Source: an uncultured virus (IMG/VR IMGVR_UViG_3300044674_003822)
Taxonomy: Duplodnaviria > Heunggongvirae > Uroviricota > Caudoviricetes
Length of the DNA: 64,000 nt
Virus record (IMG/VR): IMGVR_UViG_3300044674_003822
Location: 1-64,000 of that record
Strand: one strand, 5' to 3'
This document shows, piece after piece, positions 44,834 through 54,459 of the stretch. The notes below the pieces were generated by a model. That model ran no database searches. It was given only the letters and a program-made list of their open reading frames with translations, and had not been told where the DNA came from. How positions within the stretch are numbered: the stretch's first letter is position 1; each line of letters opens with the position of its first letter. The position numbers and the translations under genes are program-made.

Positions 44834-45287
44834 ACCCTGGAACAGAGATAAGGATTATGACACACTAGTAAAGTGGTGGAGACAGTGGGAATTTGGCGTA
44901 GTGCCAAAAGAGTGTTTACCGCCGGAGGGTGTTATGGTAGAAGTAGATGGAAAACCAATTTGTGCCAGTGGACTATATGTGGGCCAAGGAACACAGTTTG
45001 GATTCATGGAATGGGTGGTATCAGACAAACAAGCAGATCGTAGAAAACTACACGAATCATTGAAATTATGTATCGATAGCATAATGTCATTGGCCAAAGA
45101 CAAGGGGTTAAAACTGGTTTACACTGCTACCAAGCACGAAGCATTGGGCAAAAGATATCAAAAATACCACGAAATGATGCTCACAGAGAGTAATGTAAAG
45201 ACTTTCCTACGAGATTTAGACGGAAATTACACAAACGATTTAGAGTGGATACAGGACGAAGAGCAATACTTCAAAGGCAATAAATAA
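44823..45287 (+). CDS. GNAT-fold acetyltransferase-like protein
   Basis: WW..W......LP..G.MVEVDGKPICASGLY...FMEWVVSD...LAKDKGLKLVY; size and pattern fit phage GNAT-like proteins. Confidence 0.5.
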   Translation: MLVRPWNRDKDYDTLVKWWRQWEFGVVPKECLPPEGVMVEVDGKPICASGLYVGQGTQFGFMEWVVSDKQADRRKLHESLKLCIDSIMSLAKDKGLKLVYTATKHEALGKRYQKYHEMMLTESNVKTFLRDLDGNYTNDLEWIQDEEQYFKGNK

Positions 45288-45306
45288 GCATAAGGAGAAC
45301 ATTTAA

Positions 45307-45483
45307 ATGGCAACAAAACAAGAAGTGGCAGACTATATCAATGATAATTTCGAGACAGTCTGGACAGCAGAAGAGCAGACGAAAGTCGATCAGATGCTTA
45401 ATCCAGCACTAGCGGAGATTTTAATCAAACTAGTAGGTGACGTAAGTTTCTTGACTGAAGTTAGAGATAACAGATCTAACTAA
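45307..45483 (+). CDS. Small acidic hypothetical protein (58 aa; not in ORF track)
   Basis: MATKQEVADYINDNFETVWTAEEQTKVDQMLNPALAEILIKLVGDVSFLTEVRDNRSN; TAAATA at 45281 and AGGAG RBS upstream; fills the gap exactly. Confidence 0.75.
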   Translation: MATKQEVADYINDNFETVWTAEEQTKVDQMLNPALAEILIKLVGDVSFLTEVRDNRSN

Positions 45484-45491
45484 TTTGGGAT

Positions 45492-47141
45492 ATGGCATAC
45501 AACATTAACAACACATTCGGGACCTTATTGGTCACATTACCAGATGGTACAATCGATACCACTACTACCGACCTTGCGTTGTTTGGAAAGAGTTATGCAG
45601 GGTTTGGTGAAAAGTTAAATGAGAATCTTGTCAAACTACTAGAGAACTTCAACAACACTTCGGCTCCTAACAACAAAATTCAAGGTCAACTTTGGTTTGA
45701 CCAAACTAATAAACAAATTAATGTATATGACGGTACAAAATTTAAACCAGTAGGTTCTCCAACTCCTTCAACTGCACAGCCAACAAACGCTGTATTGGGT
45801 GATGAATGGTTTGACACAAACGCAAATCAGTTCTACATCTACAACGGTGCAGACTGGACACTGATCGGACCAACAACAGTTGCAGGATCAGGTGTAACAC
45901 AGGTGATACCAGAAACAGCACCAGACGACACAGGTGTAAATCAGTCATATCTTAAACTGGTAGCCAACGACGCAGTGGTCGGTGTTGTATCAGATGTGGC
46001 ATTCACTCCGAGCGCCACGGACACAGTATCTCAAGCATTGGTCACAGCAGGTTTTGCCACAGTGGGACAAGGTATACAACTTTCAAGTTCGGTTGCGGCA
46101 GTAAAATTCAGAGGAACAGCCACAGACACAGACGCAATGGGCGGAGTGGCCGCGGCCAACTATCTCAGATCAGACACTAACGACACGACAACAGGTAGAT
46201 TGACCGTACAGAACGACCTAGGAATTAGAATAGGTGGTGGACTGGATATCAACATGTCTATGTCAGGTGATGATTTCACAATAGCAAACACCACTAGTAA
46301 TGGTGACATCGCTTTCACGTTGAATTCAACAGTGTTTGGTGGAACAAGGAAAGTGATGGACATGGATGGAGGAACAGGACGTGTCAACATATTTGAGGGC
46401 GGAAACATCACATGTGATAACTTGACAGTCAGAGGAACACAGGTGATAATGAACACTTCTACACTCTCAGTTGAGGACAACATAATAGAACTCAACAGGA
46501 ACATTTCATCAAACGCGGCCACACCAAAATTCACAGGAATCAAAGTCAAAAGAGGATCTGTGTCCTCAGCAATAGAACAGGACCTATTTTGGGTATGGGA
46601 CGAGACTTTCGCAGACGATGGCTCAACAACTTACGGAAATGCAGGTGGTGCCTTTACAGCATTCAAGTCAGGTGGTGGAGACGACGAATTATCGGCACCT
46701 ACTCTAGTTGATATAAGGGCCAATGTAGTACATGCCACAACAACATCGGCCATGTACGCAGACTTGGCAGAGAGATATGAAGCCGACTGTGAGACAGAAG
46801 TGGGAGATGTGGTGATGCTAGGAGGACATGCAGAGATCACCAAGTGCAACAAAGAACTTTGTGACCAAGTTTTTGGGGTGATTTCAGATTCTCCAGCGTT
46901 TTTGATGAATGCCCAAGCGGGAAACAACGATTCACACCCCATGGTGGCACTAAAAGGACGTGTTTTTGTCAAAATACAGGGTACTGGTAAAGCAGGAGAT
47001 CGTGTTGTATCAGCAGGAAACGGTGAAGCAAGGATCGCCGAGTTGGACGAATGTACCGCTTTTAACACACTCGGTAGACTGCTCAAGGATAAATACAACA
47101 AAGAAACAGCATTAACAGAATGCGTAATAGGGGTTAAATAA
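45492..47141 (+). CDS. Tail fibre protein, paralog 3, with C-terminal YADLAE chaperone-like domain
   Basis: Same N-terminal domain; GGVAAANYLRS shared with paralog 1; C-terminal AMYADLAERY...GVISDSPAFLMN...VALKGRV. Confidence 0.8.
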   Translation: MAYNINNTFGTLLVTLPDGTIDTTTTDLALFGKSYAGFGEKLNENLVKLLENFNNTSAPNNKIQGQLWFDQTNKQINVYDGTKFKPVGSPTPSTAQPTNAVLGDEWFDTNANQFYIYNGADWTLIGPTTVAGSGVTQVIPETAPDDTGVNQSYLKLVANDAVVGVVSDVAFTPSATDTVSQALVTAGFATVGQGIQLSSSVAAVKFRGTATDTDAMGGVAAANYLRSDTNDTTTGRLTVQNDLGIRIGGGLDINMSMSGDDFTIANTTSNGDIAFTLNSTVFGGTRKVMDMDGGTGRVNIFEGGNITCDNLTVRGTQVIMNTSTLSVEDNIIELNRNISSNAATPKFTGIKVKRGSVSSAIEQDLFWVWDETFADDGSTTYGNAGGAFTAFKSGGGDDELSAPTLVDIRANVVHATTTSAMYADLAERYEADCETEVGDVVMLGGHAEITKCNKELCDQVFGVISDSPAFLMNAQAGNNDSHPMVALKGRVFVKIQGTGKAGDRVVSAGNGEARIAELDECTAFNTLGRLLKDKYNKETALTECVIGVK

Positions 47142-47145
47142 CAAT

Positions 47146-48099
47146 ATGGCATATTCAGCAGGAGATCCAATTTTAGATGACGAGTACAACACCTTCGTCA
47201 ACAGTTCGTCAAGTCCATTCGGATACAACCATTTCGCGGGACCAGGTGCGTCAAACTATGGTTTGAACCAGTCCACAATTTCAACAGTTTCAGCAGGTGA
47301 CACAATCAATGCGGCACACTGGAACTCATTATTCACAGGAATGGATAACATTGCCAACCACACAAACGTTTCTATCACAGCATCATCAGTTTCAGCAGGC
47401 GACACCATTGCAATCAGATCAGCATTGGTCACAGATCTAGCCAACTTGGCGGCGGCAGTAGCGGCAGGTTCAACAAGTGCAACAGCACTGTCAACAAACG
47501 CAATAGGATCATCAACAAATTCAGGCACATGGAACTCAACATCAACCATTGAGAGATCAGTTACTTTTGCAAACAGCGCCACTATGAGAGCATTCTTCAA
47601 CGCAGGCGGTAGCATCAGGGTTGATCCATCGACATCAGGATCAGTGGACGGTTCCAAAGACACAGTATTCAGTGGATTGACAGCCACAGCGATAGGTAAC
47701 CTAGACATAGGTGCACACGCATCAACAAGATCAGGTTCAGGCGAGACACTTACAACTAACGGTCTGGCGAATGGTTTCTTTGACCTAGGAACAGGATACA
47801 CGACAATATTGAAATTGACTTCAAATGACTCAGGTTACACATCCAACACAGTTGAGATATCAGCCAAGTTGAACGCGGCACCGGCCACGGCAACAGTGAT
47901 GACTATCAAGATGGTTTCAACCGACGGAGCGGACGACACAACGTATACATCAGGTAACACAGCAGGTGTCCCAGCAAATCCAAACGAAGCACCTGCCATG
48001 GTATTAGCACTGATCGAAGAGTACCCAACCAACGCACAGGGATTGGCATCGAACATACAGTCAAGTTCAAACGCACAAGTAAGTAACTCACAATCATAA
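47146..48099 (+). CDS. Ser/Thr-rich virion structural protein
   Basis: MAYSAGD..., duplicated VSAGDTI, RAFFNAGGSI; follows the fibre genes; TAAATA 5 nt upstream. Confidence 0.6.
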   Translation: MAYSAGDPILDDEYNTFVNSSSSPFGYNHFAGPGASNYGLNQSTISTVSAGDTINAAHWNSLFTGMDNIANHTNVSITASSVSAGDTIAIRSALVTDLANLAAAVAAGSTSATALSTNAIGSSTNSGTWNSTSTIERSVTFANSATMRAFFNAGGSIRVDPSTSGSVDGSKDTVFSGLTATAIGNLDIGAHASTRSGSGETLTTNGLANGFFDLGTGYTTILKLTSNDSGYTSNTVEISAKLNAAPATATVMTIKMVSTDGADDTTYTSGNTAGVPANPNEAPAMVLALIEEYPTNAQGLASNIQSSSNAQVSNSQS

Positions 48100-48118
48100 T
48101 AGATTAATTTTTTCCGGG

Positions 48119-48147
48119 TTGCAATACCACCATAATTACAGTATAAT
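48119..48147 (+). promoter_or_regulatory. Sigma70-like promoter heading the tailoring cluster
   Basis: TTGCAA (48119-48124)-17 nt-TATAAT (48142-48147), 6 nt before ATG 48154. Confidence 0.75.
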
Positions 48148-48153
48148 TGTAAT

Positions 48154-48474
48154 ATGGATATTGGCTCATTAAAAAAGGAATCTGACCTTTCCTTCGACGT
48201 TGCAGTTGCAAAACGCAACGCTCTGGAGAAAGCACATTCGAGACTTGTGGTGGTTTACCATGAACACATCTTTCGTGCAGATGCCCAAACAATCAATCTA
48301 GTGAAAACCTTAGAGGAAGTTCATTCTTCACCGTTCTACATTCTAGACACAAACAATAATCCGGTTGAAATCTCAGACCCAAAAGAGTTTCTTCACGTGT
48401 TAACAGAAAGGAACCAGGAGGCCATGAGATCATATCACCAGATGTCAAAAACATTTGCGAAGAGAAATGACTAA
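48154..48474 (+). CDS. Hypothetical protein
   Basis: 106-aa ORF, first in a run of overlapping genes. Confidence 0.7.
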   Translation: MDIGSLKKESDLSFDVAVAKRNALEKAHSRLVVVYHEHIFRADAQTINLVKTLEEVHSSPFYILDTNNNPVEISDPKEFLHVLTERNQEAMRSYHQMSKTFAKRND

Positions 48475-49216
48475 AGGCATCCTATTATTCTGTTTTGACA
48501 CACCTGAAACAAAGTACCATAAGGTGCTTGAACGTTGCGTTGAGTTGTGTAATAGAAACCTCAAACTAGAAATAACTGTTGTAACAGACATTGAAACTTA
48601 CAAAAGGATCAAGCCACTGGGATTCATCAATTACAAATTGATTGAACCCGAATTGGGAAACATTAAGAACGGTAAGCAATGGCGTAACGTGGACAGGCAC
48701 ATGGCGTATGAACTGTCACCCTATGACACAACACTGGTGATGGACATAGACTACTTCCCGTTCACGGACAATCTCAGGCAGTTCCTAGACACAGATTACG
48801 ACTTCTTGGTGTCCAAGGAAGCATTTGATCTGACTAACAGGAACAGTTTTGATCTCAGACGCTGGAGCATGATAGACATGGTATGGGCAACAGTGCTTGT
48901 CTTCCGTAAAGGTGCGAAAGCCAAACGCATCTTTGACATGGTCAAGTATGTTAAAAAGTATTATGCATACTTCAATGAATTATACAGGGTGTACGGAAAA
49001 AATTTCCGTAATGACTATGCCTTTGCAATAGCATTAGAACAGGCCAACGGTTTCATCAACTACGACACATTGCCAATCCGACTGCCCACACTGCCACCTG
49101 ACTGTGAGGTAGTGAAGTTCACAGACACGGGTGTGGCATGGCAGTACAAGGACAACATAAACTACACAGAAGACCAGGACGTGCATGTGCTTAACAAGGA
49201 GTTGATGTATGTCTAA
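48467..49216 (+). CDS. GT-A fold glycosyltransferase-like protein
   Basis: KGILLF, YELSPYDTTLVMDIDY (DxD), WATVLVFRK, FRNDYAFAIA, HVLNK. Confidence 0.7.
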   Translation: MTKGILLFCFDTPETKYHKVLERCVELCNRNLKLEITVVTDIETYKRIKPLGFINYKLIEPELGNIKNGKQWRNVDRHMAYELSPYDTTLVMDIDYFPFTDNLRQFLDTDYDFLVSKEAFDLTNRNSFDLRRWSMIDMVWATVLVFRKGAKAKRIFDMVKYVKKYYAYFNELYRVYGKNFRNDYAFAIALEQANGFINYDTLPIRLPTLPPDCEVVKFTDTGVAWQYKDNINYTEDQDVHVLNKELMYV

Positions 49217-50003
49217 AGGATTCCTATGGTTTGCACAAAACAATGAAAAAACTGACTACGTGGAGTTGTCTATAAAACTCGCGGAGAGTATAAAGAAACA
49301 CAACAAGGAAAATAAAATTTGTGTGGTCACAGACGAAAAGAGCAAATTCGAACACGAGTCTGTTGATGTAGTAAAAGTGTTAGGAGATGACAATAGTGCG
49401 GATCATGGAATAAAATGGGCAAATGAATACAAAGCATTTTCGATCACACCTTTTACACACACAATCAAACTTGAAAGTGATATGCTGTGGACCACAAACA
49501 CCGATTGGTGGTGGTACCATCTATGGCAACATGATCTTGTATTCAGTGTCGATTGTAGGGACTATAAGGACAACGTGATCAAGCACTCGCCTTACAGGGA
49601 TCTATTTGTGAGGAACCATCTACCAAACATCTACAACGGAATGGTTTATTTTAGGAAAAGCGAATGGGCACAAAAATTTTTTAATCTAGCCGAGGACATA
49701 ACAACTAACTGGAATGATGTGAAAACAAAGATGCTGATAAACTGTCATGACACCTATCCCAGCACTGATGTTGTGTATGCACTTGCCTACAGATTACTTG
49801 ATCCAACGAACAACAAACTGATAGACTACGAATGGTTCAAGTTCCTACACCACAAGCCAGGGATCAACGGGTTGATGAACAAACGAGATCAAAACAATTA
49901 TCTGTACACCAACAGGACAGGCGACAGTATATATTTGGGAGAAAAGAGAGTATCCAGGGTATGGCACTACTACGACAAGGAGTTACATGACAGGTATATT
50001 TGA
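49209..50003 (+). CDS. GT-A fold glycosyltransferase-like protein (paralog of the upstream gene)
   Basis: KGFLWFAQN...DYVELS..LA.SIK, ITPFTHTIKLESDML, PNIYNGMVYFRKS, STDVVYALA. Confidence 0.7.
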   Translation: MSKGFLWFAQNNEKTDYVELSIKLAESIKKHNKENKICVVTDEKSKFEHESVDVVKVLGDDNSADHGIKWANEYKAFSITPFTHTIKLESDMLWTTNTDWWWYHLWQHDLVFSVDCRDYKDNVIKHSPYRDLFVRNHLPNIYNGMVYFRKSEWAQKFFNLAEDITTNWNDVKTKMLINCHDTYPSTDVVYALAYRLLDPTNNKLIDYEWFKFLHHKPGINGLMNKRDQNNYLYTNRTGDSIYLGEKRVSRVWHYYDKELHDRYI

Positions 50004-50289
50004 TGCACTGAAACAGATGCCCAAGAGGGAACCAAAAAAGTTCTTTGTGAAAGTGGAAGGCAAGGATTATGAGGTCTCCCTAGAGAAGAAGAAATGGGCA
50101 ATGAACCAGGGCGAAGAGAACCTCATTATCAAGGACGGTGAGATAACAGTCAAGCCACCACCAAAATTAAAAACACAACACATGACACTGATAAAGGCAG
50201 AAAAAGGATACGTGTTCCAAGATAACGACATACACTGGCCTAGGGGAGTAGCAGAAGGGGGAGTCACATGGCAGATAGAACACGAGTAA
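49987..50289 (+). CDS. Hypothetical protein
   Basis: 100-aa ORF overlapping both neighbours. Confidence 0.6.
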   Translation: MTGIFDALKQMPKREPKKFFVKVEGKDYEVSLEKKKWAMNQGEENLIIKDGEITVKPPPKLKTQHMTLIKAEKGYVFQDNDIHWPRGVAEGGVTWQIEHE

Positions 50290-51167
50290 GCGACCTAGAC
50301 TTTGTGTACATCAGTTACATGGAACCCAACAAGGAACAGAACTGGGCCGACCTTAAAAACAAAGTACCATGGGCGAAACGTGTGGACGGTGTGAAGGGGT
50401 TTGACTCAGCACACAAGGCCGCGGCCGAGAAAGCAGAAACTGATTTCTTCATATCAGTGGATGGTGATAACATCATAGATGAAAAATTCTTACTAGAAAC
50501 ACTCGACTTCGAAAAAACTGACAGGAAAGCGGTACACAGATGGAGAGCAAAGAACAGCATAAACAACCTTGTGTATGGCAACGGTGGTTTAGTTGGTTGG
50601 GACAAGGAAACTTGCCTCAACATGCACACACATGAAAATGCAAAAGACAAGAAAGCAGAAATTGATTTCTGTTGGACAGTGAAACATGAAAACTTGCACA
50701 ACTGTTATTCCACAAGTGTGATAAACAGTGAACCTTTCCAGGCCTGGATAGCAGGATACAGGGAAGGTGTAAAGATGAGTTTGAATCAGGGTGAACACAT
50801 ACAACCTGCAGAATTCATGAAGACCATCTGGGCACCTAATCTGAGAGTATTAAGCACATGGATGACCGTGGGTGCAGATGTGGAAAATGGCAAGTACGCC
50901 ATGTTGGGTGCAAGGATGGGTTGTTACTCCACAACAGTGGACAGCAATGAATGGATACAAATAAGAGATTTAGATAAGATGGTGGACCTGTATGAGAATG
51001 CTGTGATACCTGAAAAAATTGATGAAGATTTAAAACTGTATGGAGAAAGCATAAGACAGAGAATTGATTTGCCTGTTGCCGACCTGGACGAATATCAGAG
51101 CAAGTTTATAAAATATGTCTATCCACCACACCAAAACAGAGGAGTGCAAGATCGTGAGTACAAGTGA
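50268..51167 (+). CDS. Glycosyltransferase family 2-like protein
   Basis: DFVYISY.EPN, RVDGVKGFDSAHKAAA, FISVDGDN (DxD), LVYGNGG, AW.AGYREGVKM. Confidence 0.65.
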   Translation: MADRTRVSDLDFVYISYMEPNKEQNWADLKNKVPWAKRVDGVKGFDSAHKAAAEKAETDFFISVDGDNIIDEKFLLETLDFEKTDRKAVHRWRAKNSINNLVYGNGGLVGWDKETCLNMHTHENAKDKKAEIDFCWTVKHENLHNCYSTSVINSEPFQAWIAGYREGVKMSLNQGEHIQPAEFMKTIWAPNLRVLSTWMTVGADVENGKYAMLGARMGCYSTTVDSNEWIQIRDLDKMVDLYENAVIPEKIDEDLKLYGESIRQRIDLPVADLDEYQSKFIKYVYPPHQNRGVQDREYK

Positions 51168-52524
51168 TTATAAATCAGATGCACTGAAGGCCAAGGAGAA
51201 ACTGGCAACCGTGTCTCCCACGATGTGCCTGGCCAAATGGAACCAGACATCACTGCACCTGCCAACAGGACTGACGAATTCATGCTACCACCCACCACTG
51301 CACAAGATAGATGCAGAACAGGTAAAGAAGAATCCAGCCGCACTGCACAACACAGTGGAGAAACTGGATCAAAGATTCAAGATGCTTAATGGTGAACGTC
51401 CGGACGGATGTTCGTACTGCTGGAAACTGGAGGACACCGGTGAGATGAGTGACAGGCACTATCGTTCAGGTGAGCCTTGGGCCATGCAGGACTTTGAGCA
51501 GATTAGACAGAATCCAATGACGACTAGTTGGACACCGAGGTACGTGGAGGTCAACTTTAACAACGCTTGTAATTTCAAGTGCAGTTATTGTTCCCCACAG
51601 TTCTCAACAACGTGGGGCAAGGAGATTGACAGGTATGGCCAATATCCCACATCTCCTCCCCACAATGCACCAGAGCACTTCCAGGGCAGGAGGCGTCCCA
51701 TACCCAACAGGGAGGACAATCCCTACGTGACAGCGTTCTGGAAATGGTGGCCCACACTGTACAAGAATCTCAAACACTTCCGTATGACCGGAGGAGAGCC
51801 CATGATGGATGTGAACACGTACAAGGTGTTCCAGTACATAATAGACCATCCCAAGGATGATCTTCACTTGAACGTCACAAGCAACATGTGTCCTCCCGAC
51901 AAGAAACTGAAGGAGAAGTACTTCAACATGGCACAGGAGATCTGTATGCAGGAGAAGGTGGAACACATGATGCAGTTCGTGTCGGTTGATGCCTTCGGCA
52001 AACGTGCCGAGTACATACGTGATGGACTGGACTTCAACTACATGATGGACAACGTGGAGGAATTCCTGGATCGAATACCCTCGCGGAATTCAATCACGTT
52101 CATATGCACATACAACAACCTGAGCATAACGAGTATGGACAAACTGTTGGAGAAGATACTGGAACTGCGTACCAAGTACTCAAAGACCTATCAGAGGGTA
52201 TGGTTCGACGTGCCACTGCTGAGACAACCTGCATGGCAACAGATAACGATGCTACCTGAGTCGTACCAGGCGATTCACGAGGCAAACATGGAGTACATGA
52301 AGGAGAATTCCGGAGAGGACAACGGGTTACACATATTCAAGGACTTCGAGATCCAGAAGATGCAGAGGAATCTCGCATACTGGCGCGAAAACGCGGACGC
52401 AAGTACGCAAAATAAAAAAAACTTTTACGCTTTTTTTAACGAACACGATCGCAGACGTCTCACAAGGTTCTTGAACACTTTCCCTGAGATGATAGATTTT
52501 TATGAGGAGTGCAGGAACGCATGA
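51154..52524 (+). CDS. Radical SAM protein with N-terminal SPASM/twitch-like Cys cluster (paralog 1)
   Basis: CNFKCSYC, TGGEP, N-terminal CLAKW...SCYH...CSYCW; GTG 51154 with GGAG RBS is the likelier start. Confidence 0.9.
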   Translation: MSTSDYKSDALKAKEKLATVSPTMCLAKWNQTSLHLPTGLTNSCYHPPLHKIDAEQVKKNPAALHNTVEKLDQRFKMLNGERPDGCSYCWKLEDTGEMSDRHYRSGEPWAMQDFEQIRQNPMTTSWTPRYVEVNFNNACNFKCSYCSPQFSTTWGKEIDRYGQYPTSPPHNAPEHFQGRRRPIPNREDNPYVTAFWKWWPTLYKNLKHFRMTGGEPMMDVNTYKVFQYIIDHPKDDLHLNVTSNMCPPDKKLKEKYFNMAQEICMQEKVEHMMQFVSVDAFGKRAEYIRDGLDFNYMMDNVEEFLDRIPSRNSITFICTYNNLSITSMDKLLEKILELRTKYSKTYQRVWFDVPLLRQPAWQQITMLPESYQAIHEANMEYMKENSGEDNGLHIFKDFEIQKMQRNLAYWRENADASTQNKKNFYAFFNEHDRRRLTRFLNTFPEMIDFYEECRNA

Positions 52525-53129
52525 AAACAATAGGATTTTTTGGAGACAGTTTCTGTGCAAGTAATCAACCAGAGAGTTGGTGCAACATACTGCAACAGAA
52601 ACTAGGCACAGACAGAATAAGATGGTTCGGTAATCCAGGTAAAAGCATATGGAGTGTATTCTTTCAGTATAACAATTTGATTAAAGAAAATAGAGTACCG
52701 GACATATCCATATTCTGTTGGACGGAACCCTATAGGCTTTATCATCCCAAACACATATTAAGTGCCAACACAGAACCACTCGAAGGAGTTGATCCCAACG
52801 TATACAAAGCATTAGACCAGTACTGGATTCATCTGCATAACTACGACAAAGATGAGATGGCGTACGAGTATGCACTGAAACACTATGATCAAAACATACT
52901 TTCCAAAGTTGACAGCGATATTGTGCAGATGTGGAGTTTCCGACCTTTCGAAACAGCAGACAAGGACGCAGGCATCAACCTGACAACTGGCAAGTTTATA
53001 GATGAAAGTATATATGCTTTCAGCGGAGGTAAGGACAACTGGGGCAAGGGTGATATCAATCACATGACCGTAGAACAAAACCAACAGTGGGCAGATAAAA
53101 TTTACGAGGCGATGAATGAACGATCTTGA
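52521..53129 (+). CDS. SGNH/GDSL-like hydrolase or acyltransferase
   Basis: FFGDSFC block I, GNPGKS, C-terminal DINHM. Confidence 0.6.
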   Translation: MKTIGFFGDSFCASNQPESWCNILQQKLGTDRIRWFGNPGKSIWSVFFQYNNLIKENRVPDISIFCWTEPYRLYHPKHILSANTEPLEGVDPNVYKALDQYWIHLHNYDKDEMAYEYALKHYDQNILSKVDSDIVQMWSFRPFETADKDAGINLTTGKFIDESIYAFSGGKDNWGKGDINHMTVEQNQQWADKIYEAMNERS

Positions 53130-54459
53130 ATATAAAAAACAAATACTAGATCCAAAGAGTGCAAGTTTCTGCGGAGCCAAGTGGTACAATGCCACCATAT
53201 GGTTAGGCAGTGGTATGACCACAAGTTGTCACCATCCACTTCCGCACAAGATTGATCTAGAAGCAATAAAAACAAATCCAAGTGCAATACACAACACAGT
53301 ACAAAAGAAAGCAGAACGTAAACAGATGCAGTGTGGAGACAGACCAAAAGGTTGTGAATACTGCTGGAAGATAGAAGACATTAAAAGAGATAACATCAGT
53401 GACAGGGTATACAAATCAAAAATATTCACAAATGAGGCGTTGGATGAAGCACACAAGGCAGATCCAAACACAGACTGGAATCTTAAAACATTAGAAATAG
53501 CATTTGATAGGACTTGTAACTTTGCTTGTACATACTGTAATCCTGCATTTAGTTCTACATGGGCAAACAATATAAAGAGGCAAGGACCATACACAGACAT
53601 GACAACCGACGGGCGAAATCACTTTACACACAGTCATGAAAGTGCAGAACCATACAAGAAGGATGAGACCAATCCGTATGTTGAAGCATTCTACAAATGG
53701 TGGGAAACAGATCTACACAAAAGCCTAGATGAATTGAGAATAACAGGCGGAGAGCCAATGATGTCACCTAACTTGTGGAGACTGCTGGATTGGATAGAAA
53801 CACAAGGTGACAAAATGAATCCTAATATGACTCTCGCAATAAATTCTAATTTGGGTGCAAAGCAAAGCATCATTGATAGATTCAAGACAAAATTAAAGAA
53901 GTTTGATAACTTTGAATTGTACACTAGTTGTGAAGCAACATTTGGACAAGCAGAGTACATCAGGGACGGATTGGTATATGGGGACTGGCATTCTAACTTC
54001 TTGCACATGATGGTAGACAAAGTTCCACGTGCAATCCACAATATGTGTACTATAAACGCACTGTGTCTAGAGTCACTGCCTCAACTGTTAGAGAAAATGA
54101 TATGGTTTAAAAACGCAAGTAAAGTGTACGGACCAGAAGTAAATTTCACATTGAACATATTGAGGTTTCCGAGCTTCCAATCACCGCTTGTACTACCGGA
54201 TGACCTAAGAAATAAATTTAAGGGCGACTTGGTAAAGTTTTTAAATAGTAATGAAAAGCATTTAGAACACATGGAAATTAATCAAACACAGAGACTAATT
54301 GACTATCTAGATGTTGTGAAGACCCCACACGCAGGGGCGGCCGAACAGAGTAAACTACAAAAAGACTTTAAAGCATTTTACAGTCAATACGACAAAAGAT
54401 CAGGAAGAGACTTTGAAAAAACTTTTCCAATAATAGGAGAATGGTACCGTGGCATATGA
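53116..54459 (+). CDS. Radical SAM protein (paralog 2)
   Basis: CNFACTYC, TGGEP, N-terminal CGAKW...SCHH...CEYCW. Confidence 0.9.
   Translation: MNDLEYKKQILDPKSASFCGAKWYNATIWLGSGMTTSCHHPLPHKIDLEAIKTNPSAIHNTVQKKAERKQMQCGDRPKGCEYCWKIEDIKRDNISDRVYKSKIFTNEALDEAHKADPNTDWNLKTLEIAFDRTCNFACTYCNPAFSSTWANNIKRQGPYTDMTTDGRNHFTHSHESAEPYKKDETNPYVEAFYKWWETDLHKSLDELRITGGEPMMSPNLWRLLDWIETQGDKMNPNMTLAINSNLGAKQSIIDRFKTKLKKFDNFELYTSCEATFGQAEYIRDGLVYGDWHSNFLHMMVDKVPRAIHNMCTINALCLESLPQLLEKMIWFKNASKVYGPEVNFTLNILRFPSFQSPLVLPDDLRNKFKGDLVKFLNSNEKHLEHMEINQTQRLIDYLDVVKTPHAGAAEQSKLQKDFKAFYSQYDKRSGRDFEKTFPIIGEWYRGI

Noticed and set aside
39260..48099. Diversity-generating retroelement or invertible cassette acting on the fibres
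   Set aside because: No reverse transcriptase, recombinase, template/variable repeat pair or flanking inverted repeats seen in the window.
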